Assembly (NCBI GenBank): GCA_020536535.1
Contig: JAHLWZ010000827.1
Coordinates: forward strand, 35,810 to 99,809
Source of the DNA: Pelomyxa schiedti
Taxonomy: Eukaryota; Protista; Evosea
DNA length: 64,000 bases
Direction: 5' to 3'
In this document: piece by piece, positions 13,822-26,228 of the stretch
Position numbering within the stretch: position 1 is the stretch's first letter
How the letters are laid out: the number at the start of each line of letters is the position of its first letter
Notes under the pieces: generated by a model
Told to the model about the DNA's origin: nothing
Database searches by the model: none
Seen by the model: only the letters and a program-made list of their open reading frames with translations
Made by a program: the position numbers and the translations under genes

Positions 13822-15297
13822 TCAAGGGAACAACCCAAGTGCACGGTGGTACTCTATCTGTTCACGAATAAGTGCCTCCGTGATAAGTGGATGCTGGTAT
13901 GCAAAGCCGGTTCTCTCAATTGCAGTGCCGTCAACGTGGGTGTGATTGCTGTAGAGTACTTCTTGGTCAAGGTACGGCGTAAGTGGTGTGTTGGCAATGT
14001 GGGCGGCCTGTGATGCCATTAAATAAATTATGGTGAGTGTGTCCCTGTGGAAATATACCTTACATAGCTCAGACCACGGTTTAAGGTGCTTGTCATTGAC
14101 CTCTTCCGCGGTGGACTTGAAGTTCATCTTCGCCAAGTTGGACATAATGGTGCCAAAGAATCCAGTCTTGATGCCAAAGATTCCTTCTAGTACTGCGTTG
14201 AACTTGCCTTGTGCTTTATTTGTTTTTTGGTTGGTTGTCAAGACATGCACAGAGGTTTAGAGATGATTACTTGTATCGTTTTTGTCACATAAGTTATAAA
14301 GAGCACCGACGGGCAAAGTGGTTGCACCATGCCACATTGCACGACATACATCAAGAACGTGAACAGTATTGATGCCTAGGCCCTCCCCCTTTCAATGTGT
14401 GACTGGAGTGTTACTTGGATAAAAAAAAACTCACCCACAAGAACTTCATCTTTTCCCCTAAGTGTTTATATACCGCTGCACAAATTACACGAGGTTCTGG
14501 AATGGCTGGTTAAAAAAATGAAGATTTGAAACAACACACCCAGTCCTGTAAGATCTCCAGGTCCATACACAATAGCAGGGCGGAAAATAACCAATGGAAG
14601 GCTACAAGTTCAATGTTAACCACAGACTCGTGAAGTGGTGTATTACCCAGGAATGGCTTTCAGGGTAGCCTCAGTCTGTAGATGTACCTTGGCCAGAGTA
14701 GTCCATGGGGAAAGTTTGGTATCGGTCTCTCTGCCAATTTTTCCTGAGCCGTCATAAACTTGGGCAGAGGAAAGTTGAATGAACTTCTGGACCTATAGCC
14801 CGATTTACACATAATTATTACACTCTAAGAAGGAACATGGTTTGTCATTGCGGCGTTGGCAAGTTTGACACAGAGGTCACGAGTCTTTTCAAGGTAAATG
14901 TCTTCTTCCTGGCCGTACTTTGTTTCCGCGGCACAGTTGAACACATACTGGTATTGGTATCCTCCCTCAGCAAAGCAGTTTGCAATCGAAGCTGAAGTAA
15001 AAAAAAAAAAGTACCAGATATTTAAGTCATGCAGCCCCACCATACAAAAACAAAACTGTATTCAAACACAAGACCAAAGAACACACTTGGATTAGTCAAG
15101 TTTCCTTGTTTGAAAAGCACATTAGGTCGCTCATAAACAGAGGCGTGTGCAGCGCTCAGGTTAGCCGTCTGTGGGAACACCTTGTCTACGACCCGCACGT
15201 AGTTGCACAGATCTTGCGTGACCAAGAAATGGACGAGATTCCTCCCTATAAACCCCGTTCCTCCAAACACGATCGCATTTGGCTTGGTTGCTGCCAT
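13822..15297 (-). CDS. NAD-dependent epimerase/dehydratase (extended SDR)
   Basis: N-terminal IVFGGTGFIG Rossmann motif, VFNCAAETKYGQ, FIQLSSAQ, IFRPAIVYGPGD; multi-exon. Confidence 0.85.
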
Positions 15298-15534
15298 CTC
15301 GTCTCGCGTAGGTTTTTTTTTTATGGTTATTTTACCGGATGTAGATCTTGCACTTCGCCGTTTGAAGGGTTGTTTTTTTTTTCCCTTCGTCGATCTACAA
15401 GGTTTTTGTGTTGCAACTGCTACACATAAGAATTTGCCGGGGTCCGTTTTTGGTGGGCATTGATAATTAATTAAATAACATTCAGATAAAGAGTATGTGG
15501 AGAAACCACAGGGTGCTTTTTACATAGCTATGGC

Positions 15535-17933
15535 TCATTGTTTGGTGGGAAACTGTATCACACATAGTTCCCCAGTGGAAAAACTAGCCGCGAGTTTATT
15601 TCCCAGAGAGTTCCAACATACTTCAAAAATGCCACCATTTGCATTATGGGTAGCTACAAGGTTTCCCGTCTATGTGGAGTGAGCAGCTTTGTTATTTGGT
15701 GGTAGTTTTGAACCTTAGTTGACCATATATGAATACAGCGGTCAAATGACCCACTGGCAAGAAATTCGCCATTGGGGCTGAAGCCAATAGCATAGACAGG
15801 TTCACTAATTGGATATTTAGAGGGGGGACAGCTAAGTGATACATACGCGTGCCGGGCAAGAGTGTGTAAACAGGTTCCAGTAGAAACATCCCAAAGCTTC
15901 ACAGAACAGTCAAATGAAGCCCTGCCGGAGATGAGATTAATTCAAAACTGTGGATACAACGTGGCTAATAATTGGCTGTGTGGAACTGGGCACCACTTCA
16001 ATGTGTAAACCTCTTTGGTGTGTTCTGCGAAGGAATGTATACATTCACTGGATTTGGCAGGATCCCATATCTAGAGCGAGATCACCAAAACTTGAAGCTG
16101 TTCATTTAAAAAGAAACCTTAGCAGTTCTATCATCTGAGCAAGATGCTAAAAGGGTACCACTTGGATCCCATTTTATTCCATTCACCTCGTTTTTGTGTC
16201 CCTTGAGCTCTGCCAAGGGTCTCACCTGATAGAGCTGGCATACGTATATTGTACAATCAGTTGAGCAGGTTGCGAATGTGTTAGGATCTCTCCAGTCCAC
16301 ATCAAGAATAGCTCCAGTATGAAGACGAAATGTAGTAATTTGCTCGCCAGTACTTGTATCCCAAACAACGACAGTGTGATCAGCTTAAGGTTTTTTCCCA
16401 GGGGGATGAGTTACGTTTTTGTCTTGCAATAATATAACTATTCAGGGATAATAAGACATTTGCATACTTGACCCAGTCAAAAGAAAATTGCCAGTCTGGT
16501 TCCACTTGATAGTGAAAATAGGTCCCGTGTGTTGTTGCAATGTAAGGGCATTTGTCCCTGCAGAAATGCTTTAGGAGGAAAAGATTGGTCAAAAAGAGAA
16601 ACCATCTTTTTTCCATAATCTGCCTACTCCATCATATGATCCAGTGGCCAAAAGTGTGCCAGACATCTCCCAAATGTAAACAAAAAAAAACCATTTCACT
16701 AACTTACATTCCAGTCAATTGCTGTCACGTCTTGTAGAGCTGGCACAGAAGGGTGCGGGAGTATAAGTGGTTTGTTTACGTCGGCACTTCCCAGGTTCCA
16801 TATTCTGGCAGTGGAATCCCCAGCTCTAAGTACTTAGCCAGGGCCAAAGGGAAGTGGAATATACCCAGAGGCGAGAAGGTCAGATACTGGGTTCCAAGAA
16901 CAAACAAACACCTGTGACACGAAATTAAAACCAGTGTAACAGTAACGTTTTTCCACACTTCATGTGTATGCCCAGACAAAAGGGTTATGCTGGACTGAGG
17001 TATGTCAATGGCATCAGTATCCATTGCAGTGGGTGCAGTTGTGGCAGGCTGAGGTAATGTTGCTTGAGGGGTATCATGTGCTTCCTTTGTATGTGAATCA
17101 TTACCTACCGCCTCTTCCATTGTTGTGGTGGTAGACTTGGAATTTTCAGTTGATGCAGTGGCATGTGTATCACGGGATTTCACAGGGGTTGCTTGAACTT
17201 GAGATGATTGTGTTGGTTGTGATGCCGATTGGGTGGAAGTAGAGGATGTCTCATGTGGTGGGGAGTGTTTGCGATTGTTATTGCATTTGTGAGGTGACAG
17301 AACAGAAAATAGTTCATCACAGTCCGTAATTTCAGTACCATCCTACAATGTTGCATTGATTTGAGTCAATCGCAGTGTAACAAATGAGGTACTGGTCTCA
17401 GGTGGCACTCTATTGCGTAATATTGCAGCCCTTTCAAAAGAAACGAAATCAAGGCACCAAACGGTGGCACAGGTCCAGGTGTCCCTTTCAGAACCTCCAT
17501 TCTGAAAGTATAGGCGGAGTGCTTGAAACCTGCCAAAACAAAACATTCCGTTAAGTAGGGGGGAAAAAAAAAAAAGCAAGCCCAAAGGCAAAGGCAAAGG
17601 CAAAGGCAAAGGCAAAGGCAAAGACAAAGACAAAGACAAAAGCAAAAGCAAAAGTACACAAGTAAAAGTAGAAGTACCGGCTTCTTCCATATAAGCATAA
17701 ATAAGAGTGTTGACCTGCTCGCTCGTCAGACGTAGTGACACGTCGCCCTCGAGGGCTCCCGACGCCGACGCCGACGCGGACGCCGACCCACGCAGTCTAG
17801 GGTGAACCCCCCCAGCCGACGACGACGACGACGACGTCGTGGCGGACGCAGACGATCCCCCGCACTCCGACGCGTCGTTGCTGGTGGGTCGCTGGTGCAC
17901 AGTGGACAGCCACGACAAGTTGGGCGACAGCAT
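15535..17933 (-). CDS. TBL1XR1: LisH + WD40 protein of the TBL1X/TBL1XR1 (Sif2/HOS15) corepressor family
   Basis: Lis[27 protein letters not shown]; [16 protein letters not shown]; WD repeats [24 protein letters not shown] and [21 protein letters not shown]; terminal GGIFEVCWN. Confidence 0.9.
17583..17652. repeat. Intronic hexamer repeat (AAGGCA)n/(AAGACA)n
   Basis: Tandem hexamers inside the first intron of the TBL1-like gene. Confidence 0.85.
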
Positions 17934-18388
17934 GCTCGGGGCCGAGATGTTTTGGCTAATTAGGGGAACCAATACTAGATGACGAAAAATCACAATCACT
18001 TGTTCCCAGTCCTTTTGGAACTCCAATTCGAACTCTTGTTCTCACCAACCTGCTTTGTTGCTTTTGCATTACAACAGCCTCATCTGCCGAGTTGCTCTGA
18101 GCCCAGATCAACTAAGGGTTTATTCCCTGCTGTACATGCACAGATGCCTTCGAATTGGGGGTGCTTCTGCTCTTTTGCGTGTTGGGTTCCCGTTGTTTAA
18201 TTCCTAATAAAGAAAGTTCTTTGGGAGGGTAGGAGATGCAGCTTCTTCCTTAATTATTGGGAGTTATCCTTTATCCCAATCAACATGATTGGTTGGTGTC
18301 CCTCATTTTACCTCTATTAAAGAGCTGGCAGTATTTGACGAGGTGATGAAACTACGAAACGGGATCTGCGAGGTGGCAATCGTTTTTC

Positions 18389-20385
18389 TCAGTGAGTTGC
18401 AGTGAGATAAGGAGGTCTGTGGAGAACGATTCCAACCCAACCACAGATGACCACTGACAAGGCTCCAAAGGCCCCGTTGATGTAAAGATAGCACCCGAAC
18501 TTGAGTGCCACCTTGTTGAGAAGGAGTCCGGAGATGATGATGCTCACTCCTGCAAACGTGAGCGCCCCATACGCAACTCTTCCGAAGATTTCCTGTCAAG
18601 GGGAGGACCATGTTCGTCAGTTGAGTGGATAACGTAATTGGGGTGAGAGCCAGCAAGATACCGCAGGGAAGAATGCGTTGACTGTGCAATAAAGAAGCGA
18701 GAAGAGAGCCAGCCGAAGGGGTATCAAAAGGATGAACGTCAAGTATCTGTGGATTGGAGTACATCAGTAATTACGGATTAATGACTAAAAATGCACACTG
18801 AAGGTTAAGAACCGGAATCAATGAGAAGCCGGCAAAGAGTACAAATAAAACACCTTCCACGGTCCAAGCAATCCAAAGCCAGTGCTTCTTTGAAAGCGGG
18901 TATGATAACGGAAAGTTGGAGAGGAAACCCCACAGAGGAAGCATGACGGAGAAGGCTGTTAGCAATGGAGTGATCTGATCACCCTGAGCCATCATGTTCA
19001 GTTGCTCCATCATAGTGGCCATGTAGAAATATACGAAGGAGGTACCACTCATCATGGCCGCGTAGAGCGGAATGAGCAACCCCAAGTGGGACTTGAACCA
19101 TTGCAAAATCACATCCTTCCTTGAACTTTGAGGATTTGAGATCAAACTTTTATCTTGTAATTCATTTGGTGCTGTTTCCAGTTCAACTTGCGGCGCATCA
19201 GTCTTGTATTTTGGCTTTGAAGAAACAACGAAAAAGCAAAACAGGGGTCCAAGGCAAGCCAGGTAGTATCCTCCAAATAATGCCCAGAGTGGAGCGTGAG
19301 TGGCATTGTAAATCAAATACAGAATCCAAGCAACCGCTGTGTTGCTAGGTATTAGACCTGACATTCTTTTCAGGTTTTTGAATTACCTCCACATAAGTTG
19401 ACACAGGCTTGAATGAAACTGGAGACAAATCCGGAATTGAAAATGATGTGGCCTTCAGGAAAGGCAAGGTCAACATCATTCATAAGTTTGAGACCAACAA
19501 CGAAAGAAAATCCACCACCAACTCCTGACTTTGTTTGTGAGAGTTACTCATCGCAAAAAGGAGGATTTCCAACCAAAATGAAAGTCAAAGGAAGTGCCCA
19601 GATTTGGATATACAATGGAATCTTGTCTGATGTCAAGAATCCAAACACAGGCCAGAAGCTCAGCAAAACAAAGGAAATGATGATGCACTTCCTCCGTGAG
19701 AGCTTGTCAACGATTAAGCCATACAGAAATCCAATTGAGTTAAGAGTTCCAGAAAACCTGTGAAGGGTGAGAGGTTAAAAAAAATAGAAAAAAAACCAAA
19801 CCTAAACCTCTCGATACAATAATTTATAGTTGTACGATTTCCTTCAAATAAAGGGAAATTATCCATCTACGCGAAAATGTATCGTGGTTGGTCTCCATTT
19901 GAAACAGCAGAGAGAGGACCTCACGCTATAAACAGCGAATTGAGCAGCGCAAGTTGCCTCTCGCACACGGCGCCACTCTCCAACTCAAAACCCTCGCTGT
20001 CACTGCGACTCCCCCTCCCACTCTGTTCTCCCATAATCCCATCGCTGCTCCCCTCCACCTTCCTGTTACCGCCGATTGCGGTCGCCTCCGCCTGAAACAC
20101 CCGACCCTGTGAGCCCAAAGTCGAAGCCGAAGCAGAAACACCCGACTCAGACATCCGCGACTGCGAAGACGGCGACGAGACAGATTCAGACGTGCCGGGA
20201 CAGGAGTTGGCGAAAACGCCCTCGCTGAGCAGAATTGGTTTGAGAGCGCTGAAGTTGAAGTGTGGGTCCATCACCAGTGACACAACGCACGCTGCAACGA
20301 ACACCTTGACCACCACGGCCCTTCTCGTAGTAGTCGTGGAACCGTCTCCGCCACCACTCGATGAGCAACACCCCCGTGCCTTCAT
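18389..20385 (-). CDS. MFS transporter, SLC43/LAT3 (Fmp42-like) amino-acid transporter family
   Basis: FSALKPILLSEGVF..C[loop]CERQLALLN signature, GFLYGLIVDKLSRR, multiple hydrophobic TM segments, FGRVAYG. Confidence 0.75.
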
Positions 20386-21028
20386 TTGGCTGAAGAAAAA
20401 AAAAACACCAGACCGCCGATCCTGCCGATGATAACGAAAAAGTCGTTGATCATTGTTACGGAAACTTGTCCCCAAGTCGGTAACATGGTGATTTGGTGCA
20501 GGTGCACCCTCGTGAGTGCTGTTGCTTCCTCGCAACGGTACTGAACATAGTGCCGCAATTCATTCACAACACACACGGCCAGCAGGGACTGTGTACAATG
20601 GTGAAGTCCCTTACCGTACAATATTTTTATCGGCTTCCACAGGCCAGGAACACACACTGTGTGCATAACAGGATGGGTACACATTGCAACCTTCTGAGGC
20701 AGTGGAGCATCTTTTTAATACATATTCACATTAACACCCATCAGCTCACAAGTATAAATTGGAAGTAGCTATTGGCATCACTTTTGTGAAGAAAACAATT
20801 CACTAAGTGGGTGAACATTGTGGGTTTTTCACTGTTGTCTCCAGCAAAAAGAGTAGGGAAAGGGGAGAAAAAAGGGAAACCACCCAAATGTGGGAGAGCG
20901 AAGCGAACCACATTTGGGTGGATATGGGCACATGGTGGGCATTTGAAGTTCACATTTGCGAGACACTACCTCTTGTCTTCATGATATTTTGTGAATGGCT
21001 TTTCTGGAGAAAAAAAAATTAAAAAAAA

Positions 21029-21128
21029 NNNNNNNNNNNNNNNNNNNNNNNNNNNNNNNNNNNNNNNNNNNNNNNNNNNNNNNNNNNNNNNNNNNNNNNN
21101 NNNNNNNNNNNNNNNNNNNNNNNNNNNN
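21029..21128. other. Assembly gap (100 N) within the tRNA tandem repeat
   Basis: N run flanked on both sides by sequence matching the 386-bp unit. Confidence 1.
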
Positions 21129-21190
21129 TCAAATGGTAGAACGCTCGCTTAGCATGCGAGAGGCACGGGGATCAATACCCCGCACCTCCA
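21129..21190 (+). tRNA. tRNA-Ala(AGC), second copy, 5' end hidden by the gap
   Basis: Identical to 21515-21576. Confidence 0.9.
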
Positions 21191-21503
21191 CTCTTTTTTT
21201 TGTTTTGTTTTGTTGGGTTTTTCCCCCTTCATTTTCCTCCCTTGTTGTGAGGCTTTCTATCTTCCTCTTGTTCTGGGTTGGTAGCAATGGTTGTGTGGTT
21301 CGCTTCGCTCTCCCACATTTGGGTGGATATGGGCACATGGTGGGCATTTGAAGTTCACATTTGCGAGACACTACCTCTTGTCTTCATGATATTTTGTGAA
21401 TGGCTTTTCTGGAGAAAAAAAAATTAAAAAAAAAATTAAAAGAAAAAAATACACTCCGTGCCCCAGTACACACCAACAGAGGTCTCTAGTGACAACTGTG
21501 GAA

Positions 21504-21576
21504 GGGGGTGTAGTTCAAATGGTAGAACGCTCGCTTAGCATGCGAGAGGCACGGGGATCAATACCCCGCACCTCCA
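21504..21576 (+). tRNA. tRNA-Ala, anticodon AGC
   Basis: Full cloverleaf: acceptor GGGGGTG/CACCTCC with the G3:U70 Ala determinant, D stem GTTC/GAAC, anticodon stem CTCGC/GCGAG with loop TTAGCAT, T stem CGGGG/CCCCG; followed by an oligo-T Pol III terminator. Confidence 0.97.
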
Positions 21577-21668
21577 CTCTTTTTTTTGTTTTGTTTTGTT
21601 GGGTTTTTCCCCCTTCATTTTCCTCCCTTGTTGTGTGGTGCTTTTTTTGCTGCTGGGCTGTTTTATTG

Positions 21669-24600
21669 TTACCCAAATAATGTGTGTATTCTTGTCTGTG
21701 TTACTGGTGTGGTTTTTGTTGTTTTTTTTGTTTCTGGGCCTGGTAGGGTAATTGGAAATGGTAATGGAATTGGTGCTGGATCCTCTTCTTCCTCGACTCC
21801 TTCATCATGCTCTCTTCTCTTGGTGAGACCAAGGCCGGCAAGGTCTTTTACAGCTGGGCATCGCTTCAATCCCTGGGTGTATCATTAGCCTTGATCAATC
21901 TATTGGATATGCCATACATTTAATCTGCCATGTCCACAGTCACAGAAGAAGTGACTGAACTTTGGCAAAGACAAGTGGTGATTATGGTGACATGTTTCTG
22001 CACAAACAGCACAGACACCATATCCTGTGCGCAAGTTGCATGTATAACAGTCGTACCATGGCTGTAGCAAGAAAGTCTTTTGTTCTTAGTTAGTGCTGCG
22101 GGTCTTAGAGTGGTGGGACACCTTGTCACCCGTGGCACTAAATGTACAGGCATTACTGAGGATGCACTTTTCTATGAGTGGGTCCATGGCTATTGCAGTA
22201 GCCAGTTGCAGGTTTCTCAGTGCAACATCGCATGTTTCCCTCACCTAAGGAGAGTGAGGCAATGGGAAATAAAAAAATTTGGCATTACTTCCACATTGGC
22301 ATAATGTTGGGTTGAGGCCCTATTGATAACTTCTGAGGCATTCAGATTATTGAGTGCTTCTCGTACACCCAGGTCACATGAAAGGGACCAAAGCAGAGAT
22401 ACCTTGATGTGAACTGAGATATTTTTTTTGTGGTGAGGTAATTAGGTACTGCCGACTTGACAAAGCCCTTTTCAGCCTTGTACTTATTCAACATTTGGAG
22501 TATCAGGGAAAGGCAATCAACTTCATGGAACAGAATACGATTCTCCCGGAAAAAAGCTAGATGTGTCAGCCTATTCTTGTCAGTAGAGTGACACAGAAGC
22601 ACTTGTTAACTACAAACATTGTCAAACTGGATCCTACTAAGACCTCAGATTCGATATTATTCTTGATGAATCCCATTACAGTTCGCAGGAGCCTTTCTTG
22701 ATTAATTTTCACGATTTCATATAGCGGCTATTACCTTTTTACATCTGTTTCTAACTTTGTTACTTTGATGGTAGATTTAGACGTTATTGACAACGTATAG
22801 TCTACACTCTGAAACTTCACATTGCTTATACAGGCCGAAATGATGATGATATAATGCTTTCCAGGAGGCAGTACTTCGAGATCAACCTCCATTGTAACTA
22901 GGGAAGCTTGGGTATTGGGGGTGTATTCCTTAAGTTGAACCTTCTCGTCGAGGGGTATCAGTTGTGCCACAAACAGTTTCGAGAATGCCAGTGGACTCGT
23001 CGTAAATTACCAGATAAATACCTTGCCTATTGTCCACATCTATTTGTGGAATGTAAAAAAAAAAAAAAAGAGAAGCTGTATGGTGTGTTACCTGCTCCAC
23101 AACTGAAACGCAGGTCTCTCTTTTGGATTGTAATAAACGTGTGGGTAGCTTCAGTTACTTCAAGTTGAATTTGGGGACCATAAACACTATCAGGGTGTGA
23201 GTACTTCCCAAGGATTTTCGTTTGTTGCCATCCCTGTTAGGTGAATGGAAGACGGTTTGGGGTTACTATCGGAAAAAAACCTCAGTTGCTCCAACCATGC
23301 AAATAGTAATCTCCCCAAAGAATTGTTGGAAATCCTCCCAACACATCCAGAAGGCTCCCACATGTTCAGAATATCCAACAATTCGTTTTAGATCAGGAGT
23401 CCATTGTGACGACCCTGCAGACCACCTTCCGCACCAGGTGAAGGATCCCCACTGCTGGGAATAAGTGCTAATTCTCAAAGCTCAACTGTACGGGATTTCG
23501 TAGGAGGAGAAGTTTATTTCCCGCTACATTACGAACGTCCAATATGCCATATGCATGTAAACTTACTATCCCTTCATTTTCAAGCCTCAAGCTTCATAGG
23601 TATTAGTGCTAATTGAAACGTTCCTACAATGTAATACCCAGCATCTTTTTCGGCTTGTGTTTCCTTACGTGAGGAGCAGCCAAATAATTGATTGGCCGCC
23701 TAAGAAAAACAGTGGGTTTTTCCTCTTCTACAGGAGGAACAAGTACCTTGGCTTCCAGCAGTTTAAACCAAAGATTTTCTTGCTGTAACCTGGAAAGCAA
23801 CTTGAAGTTGTACGTAATGCAGGGAGCACCTGGAGCATCGTTATGTGTGAGCTTGAGGATCTTTTTTTTTTCAGGTAAAAACCTGTCAAGTCTCGTAGAC
23901 TTTCGCCAAGGGTTCCAGCTGTAAGTGCTTGGTATGACTTGTTCAGTTTTGCATAACCCTTTTCTAAGTAGCAGACCCAAAGGGATTCGTCTCTTGATCT
24001 AATTTTGCATAATTAGCAGAGATTGAACAACGAGAAAATAGGTTGCCTGGAATAAACAGGACCATGGCCTGCAAGAGATGTTTGCAGCTGTGTTTCGTAA
24101 TCAAGCTGAGAGATTCCAGTAATTGCCGCACATGGAAGGTATCCATCAACTGTTACAGTAACCCATTCATCCCCTCGTAGAAATCTATTTCCCATCAAGT
24201 TATTCTTACTCAGATCTCAGACTATTCATTACCTCAAACCATAAACACCTTGGGGATTGTATTCTGTATTCAGAAATAATCGTAGAACTAGCTCAGGTCG
24301 TGTAGAAATCATGCAGAGAGCACCAAGAAACCAGCAGTCACCAAGCAAACCCTGGGCAATAGAACGTGAATCAATGTCACCTGATTTGGATTATAATGCA
24401 ACCAAAAGCAAAAAAAAAAAGTAAAAGACCTGGAAATAGCTTAGGTGAAACTTTTCTATCGAAAAACTCAACTGGGGTTTTCCAGTGGATTGGGATTTGT
24501 TGTTTTGGTTTGTCATTTGGGTCAATATACAAGGATTTCTAAAGAAAACTCAGGAAACTAAAAAAAAACAAATAGACAAGTCCATACTTCGGAAGGAGGG

Positions 24601-26141
24601 AACTGGGAGTCCAAAAAAGTGAGTCCCCTGGATGAGCACCACGCAATTAGTTCTTGAATGTCTTCAGTAGAAGATGGGGTTGTTGGTGGACTCAACTTCG
24701 AAAAGACTGATAGTTTATGCACAAACCTTGATAAAGATGAGTATTTGGTTTTTTTATAGTGGTACATCATTACGCACTGAGCATCCCAGATACGTGAAAA
24801 GTCCCAGGCAGATTCTATGGCTTTCCACTGGATCTCATATTCCAATTTCCATGGCTTGCCAGAATCGATTGCTGTTAGGTGAAGAATATTTTCTGTCTCT
24901 GGAGAATGGGTGAGTGGGATGAATTTTGAAACTTTACAGACTAGACTTTGCTAGATATCCCTGAAGAAGTATTGGCAGAGTATCAACAGGAGAAGCAAAA
25001 TTGGAAGAAGATTGGGGAGCCAAATTTTCAATATGGTTGACATTCAGAGTGTAGGAAATGGGAAGAATCGACGCAGTGTTGTTATTTGCAAGTTGAAATG
25101 TAACGGAATTTTCAGTGGTCGTTTTGAAAAAATAGATGTTTTCAGTTAAATACTTGGCCTCATCAATGGTTACCTGGAATAAGTTATTTCTCTTTCAGGT
25201 ATGATGGGACATTTACAATTGAAGGACCACCACAAATAACTCCACTATCACTTTTTTTATTGAGATCGCTTTTGTATTCCAGTGCTTGTCTTAGCCTGTC
25301 AAGAAACTTTTTTGAGTACTATTAAATGGTTTTTGCATACCTGGAAATCTGATAGTCGAGTTCCCTTTGGCTTTTTATGTCAGAAATGGCAATTGTGTCT
25401 CTAATATCTCTTGGAGTGAGTGTGACGAGTTTGGCACCATCTACCCCATTCTGAAGAAAGGAAGCTATGTAAGCCTAAACTTTCCTTGGTCATTGGTTGC
25501 TATTTGAAAGGGATTTTAACCTCCTGCCCAACGCTTCTCAGCCACGCTGACACAGTTTCTCGGCTCCATAAATTTGGGGGCTGGGCACCACTTACAGAGG
25601 GTGTTGGAGTTTCATCACTTTGCCTGGATTCGGTAATATTTGGATTCTTGGCAGGTGCAACAGCTGCAGCTGTGTCAGGTCTTCCAGTTGTTTGTTCTAT
25701 CCTTAGCATCTTCTCAGCAATGAGTGTCTCCCTTTCACGTAACTCGGCATCATCTTTCTTCTTCTCCTCCGCTTCCTTCAATTTGTGGAGAGCGTATTCG
25801 AGCTATTGAATAGATACAGTGATTTAGAGCAATGTGAACAACTATGCAGTACCTTTCTTATTTGTGGAAGTGGTAGATCGAGCAGGGACAGTTCCCTTCG
25901 TCCCAATGCCAACAATGTATTCCCATCACCAAGTTTCCCCTTCAAGAACCCACCAGGGTCTGCCAAACCAAAAAAAAAAAAAAAAAAAAAAACGGGCAAA
26001 AATGAATAAAGACCTTGGTTACCAAGCGAAACTAACTCAAAGATCAACCAACGACAAACCTCCGTCGTGTTTCATCGACAAAACTTCACAAGCCCACGCC
26101 ACGACTTGCGCAGCGTTCCATTCCCCAACCGTCGCGCTCAT
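21669..26141 (-). CDS. Multidomain calpain: SAM-SAM, CysPc, domain III (C2-like), ARM-like helices, UBR-type zinc finger
   Basis: FLDSQFPPS; QGLLGDCWFL (Cys 24334-36), LHAYGILD (His 23555-57), LRNP/WG (Asn 23495-97); WVCFFEKAYAK; FWMCWEDF; two SAM-like segments; UBR box CTF..WYDCYTC..GVCAVCAETCHHNH..FFCDCG; all joined by GT-AG introns. Confidence 0.85.
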
Positions 26142-26228
26142 TTTTTCTTGGTGCAAATCGATAGGGCCAAACCAAATCAATCTCTTATCTCCTGTACAGC
26201 AAAAGTGGGATTGCGCTTGACTCTTCTC

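Larger units (their letters stand above)
20908..21635 (+). repeat. Tandem repeat, 386-bp unit carrying tRNA-Ala
   Basis: 21129-~21249 equals 21515-~21635 (offset 386); 20908-21028 equals 21313-21433. Confidence 0.9.

Noticed and set aside
20385-20880. Short ORFs upstream of the SLC43-like gene
   Set aside because: No recognisable motifs or consistent exon chain; probably promoter or intergenic
21556-21570. tRNA T-loop ATCAATA rather than TTCGA
   Set aside because: A54 is normal in eukaryotic cytosolic tRNA-Ala and position 57 may be either purine
22731-22733. Stop codon ending the calpain in the ORF track; also TAA-TAG read-through or a variant genetic code
   Set aside because: Both stops fall within a canonical 36-nt GT-AG intron, so no recoding is needed
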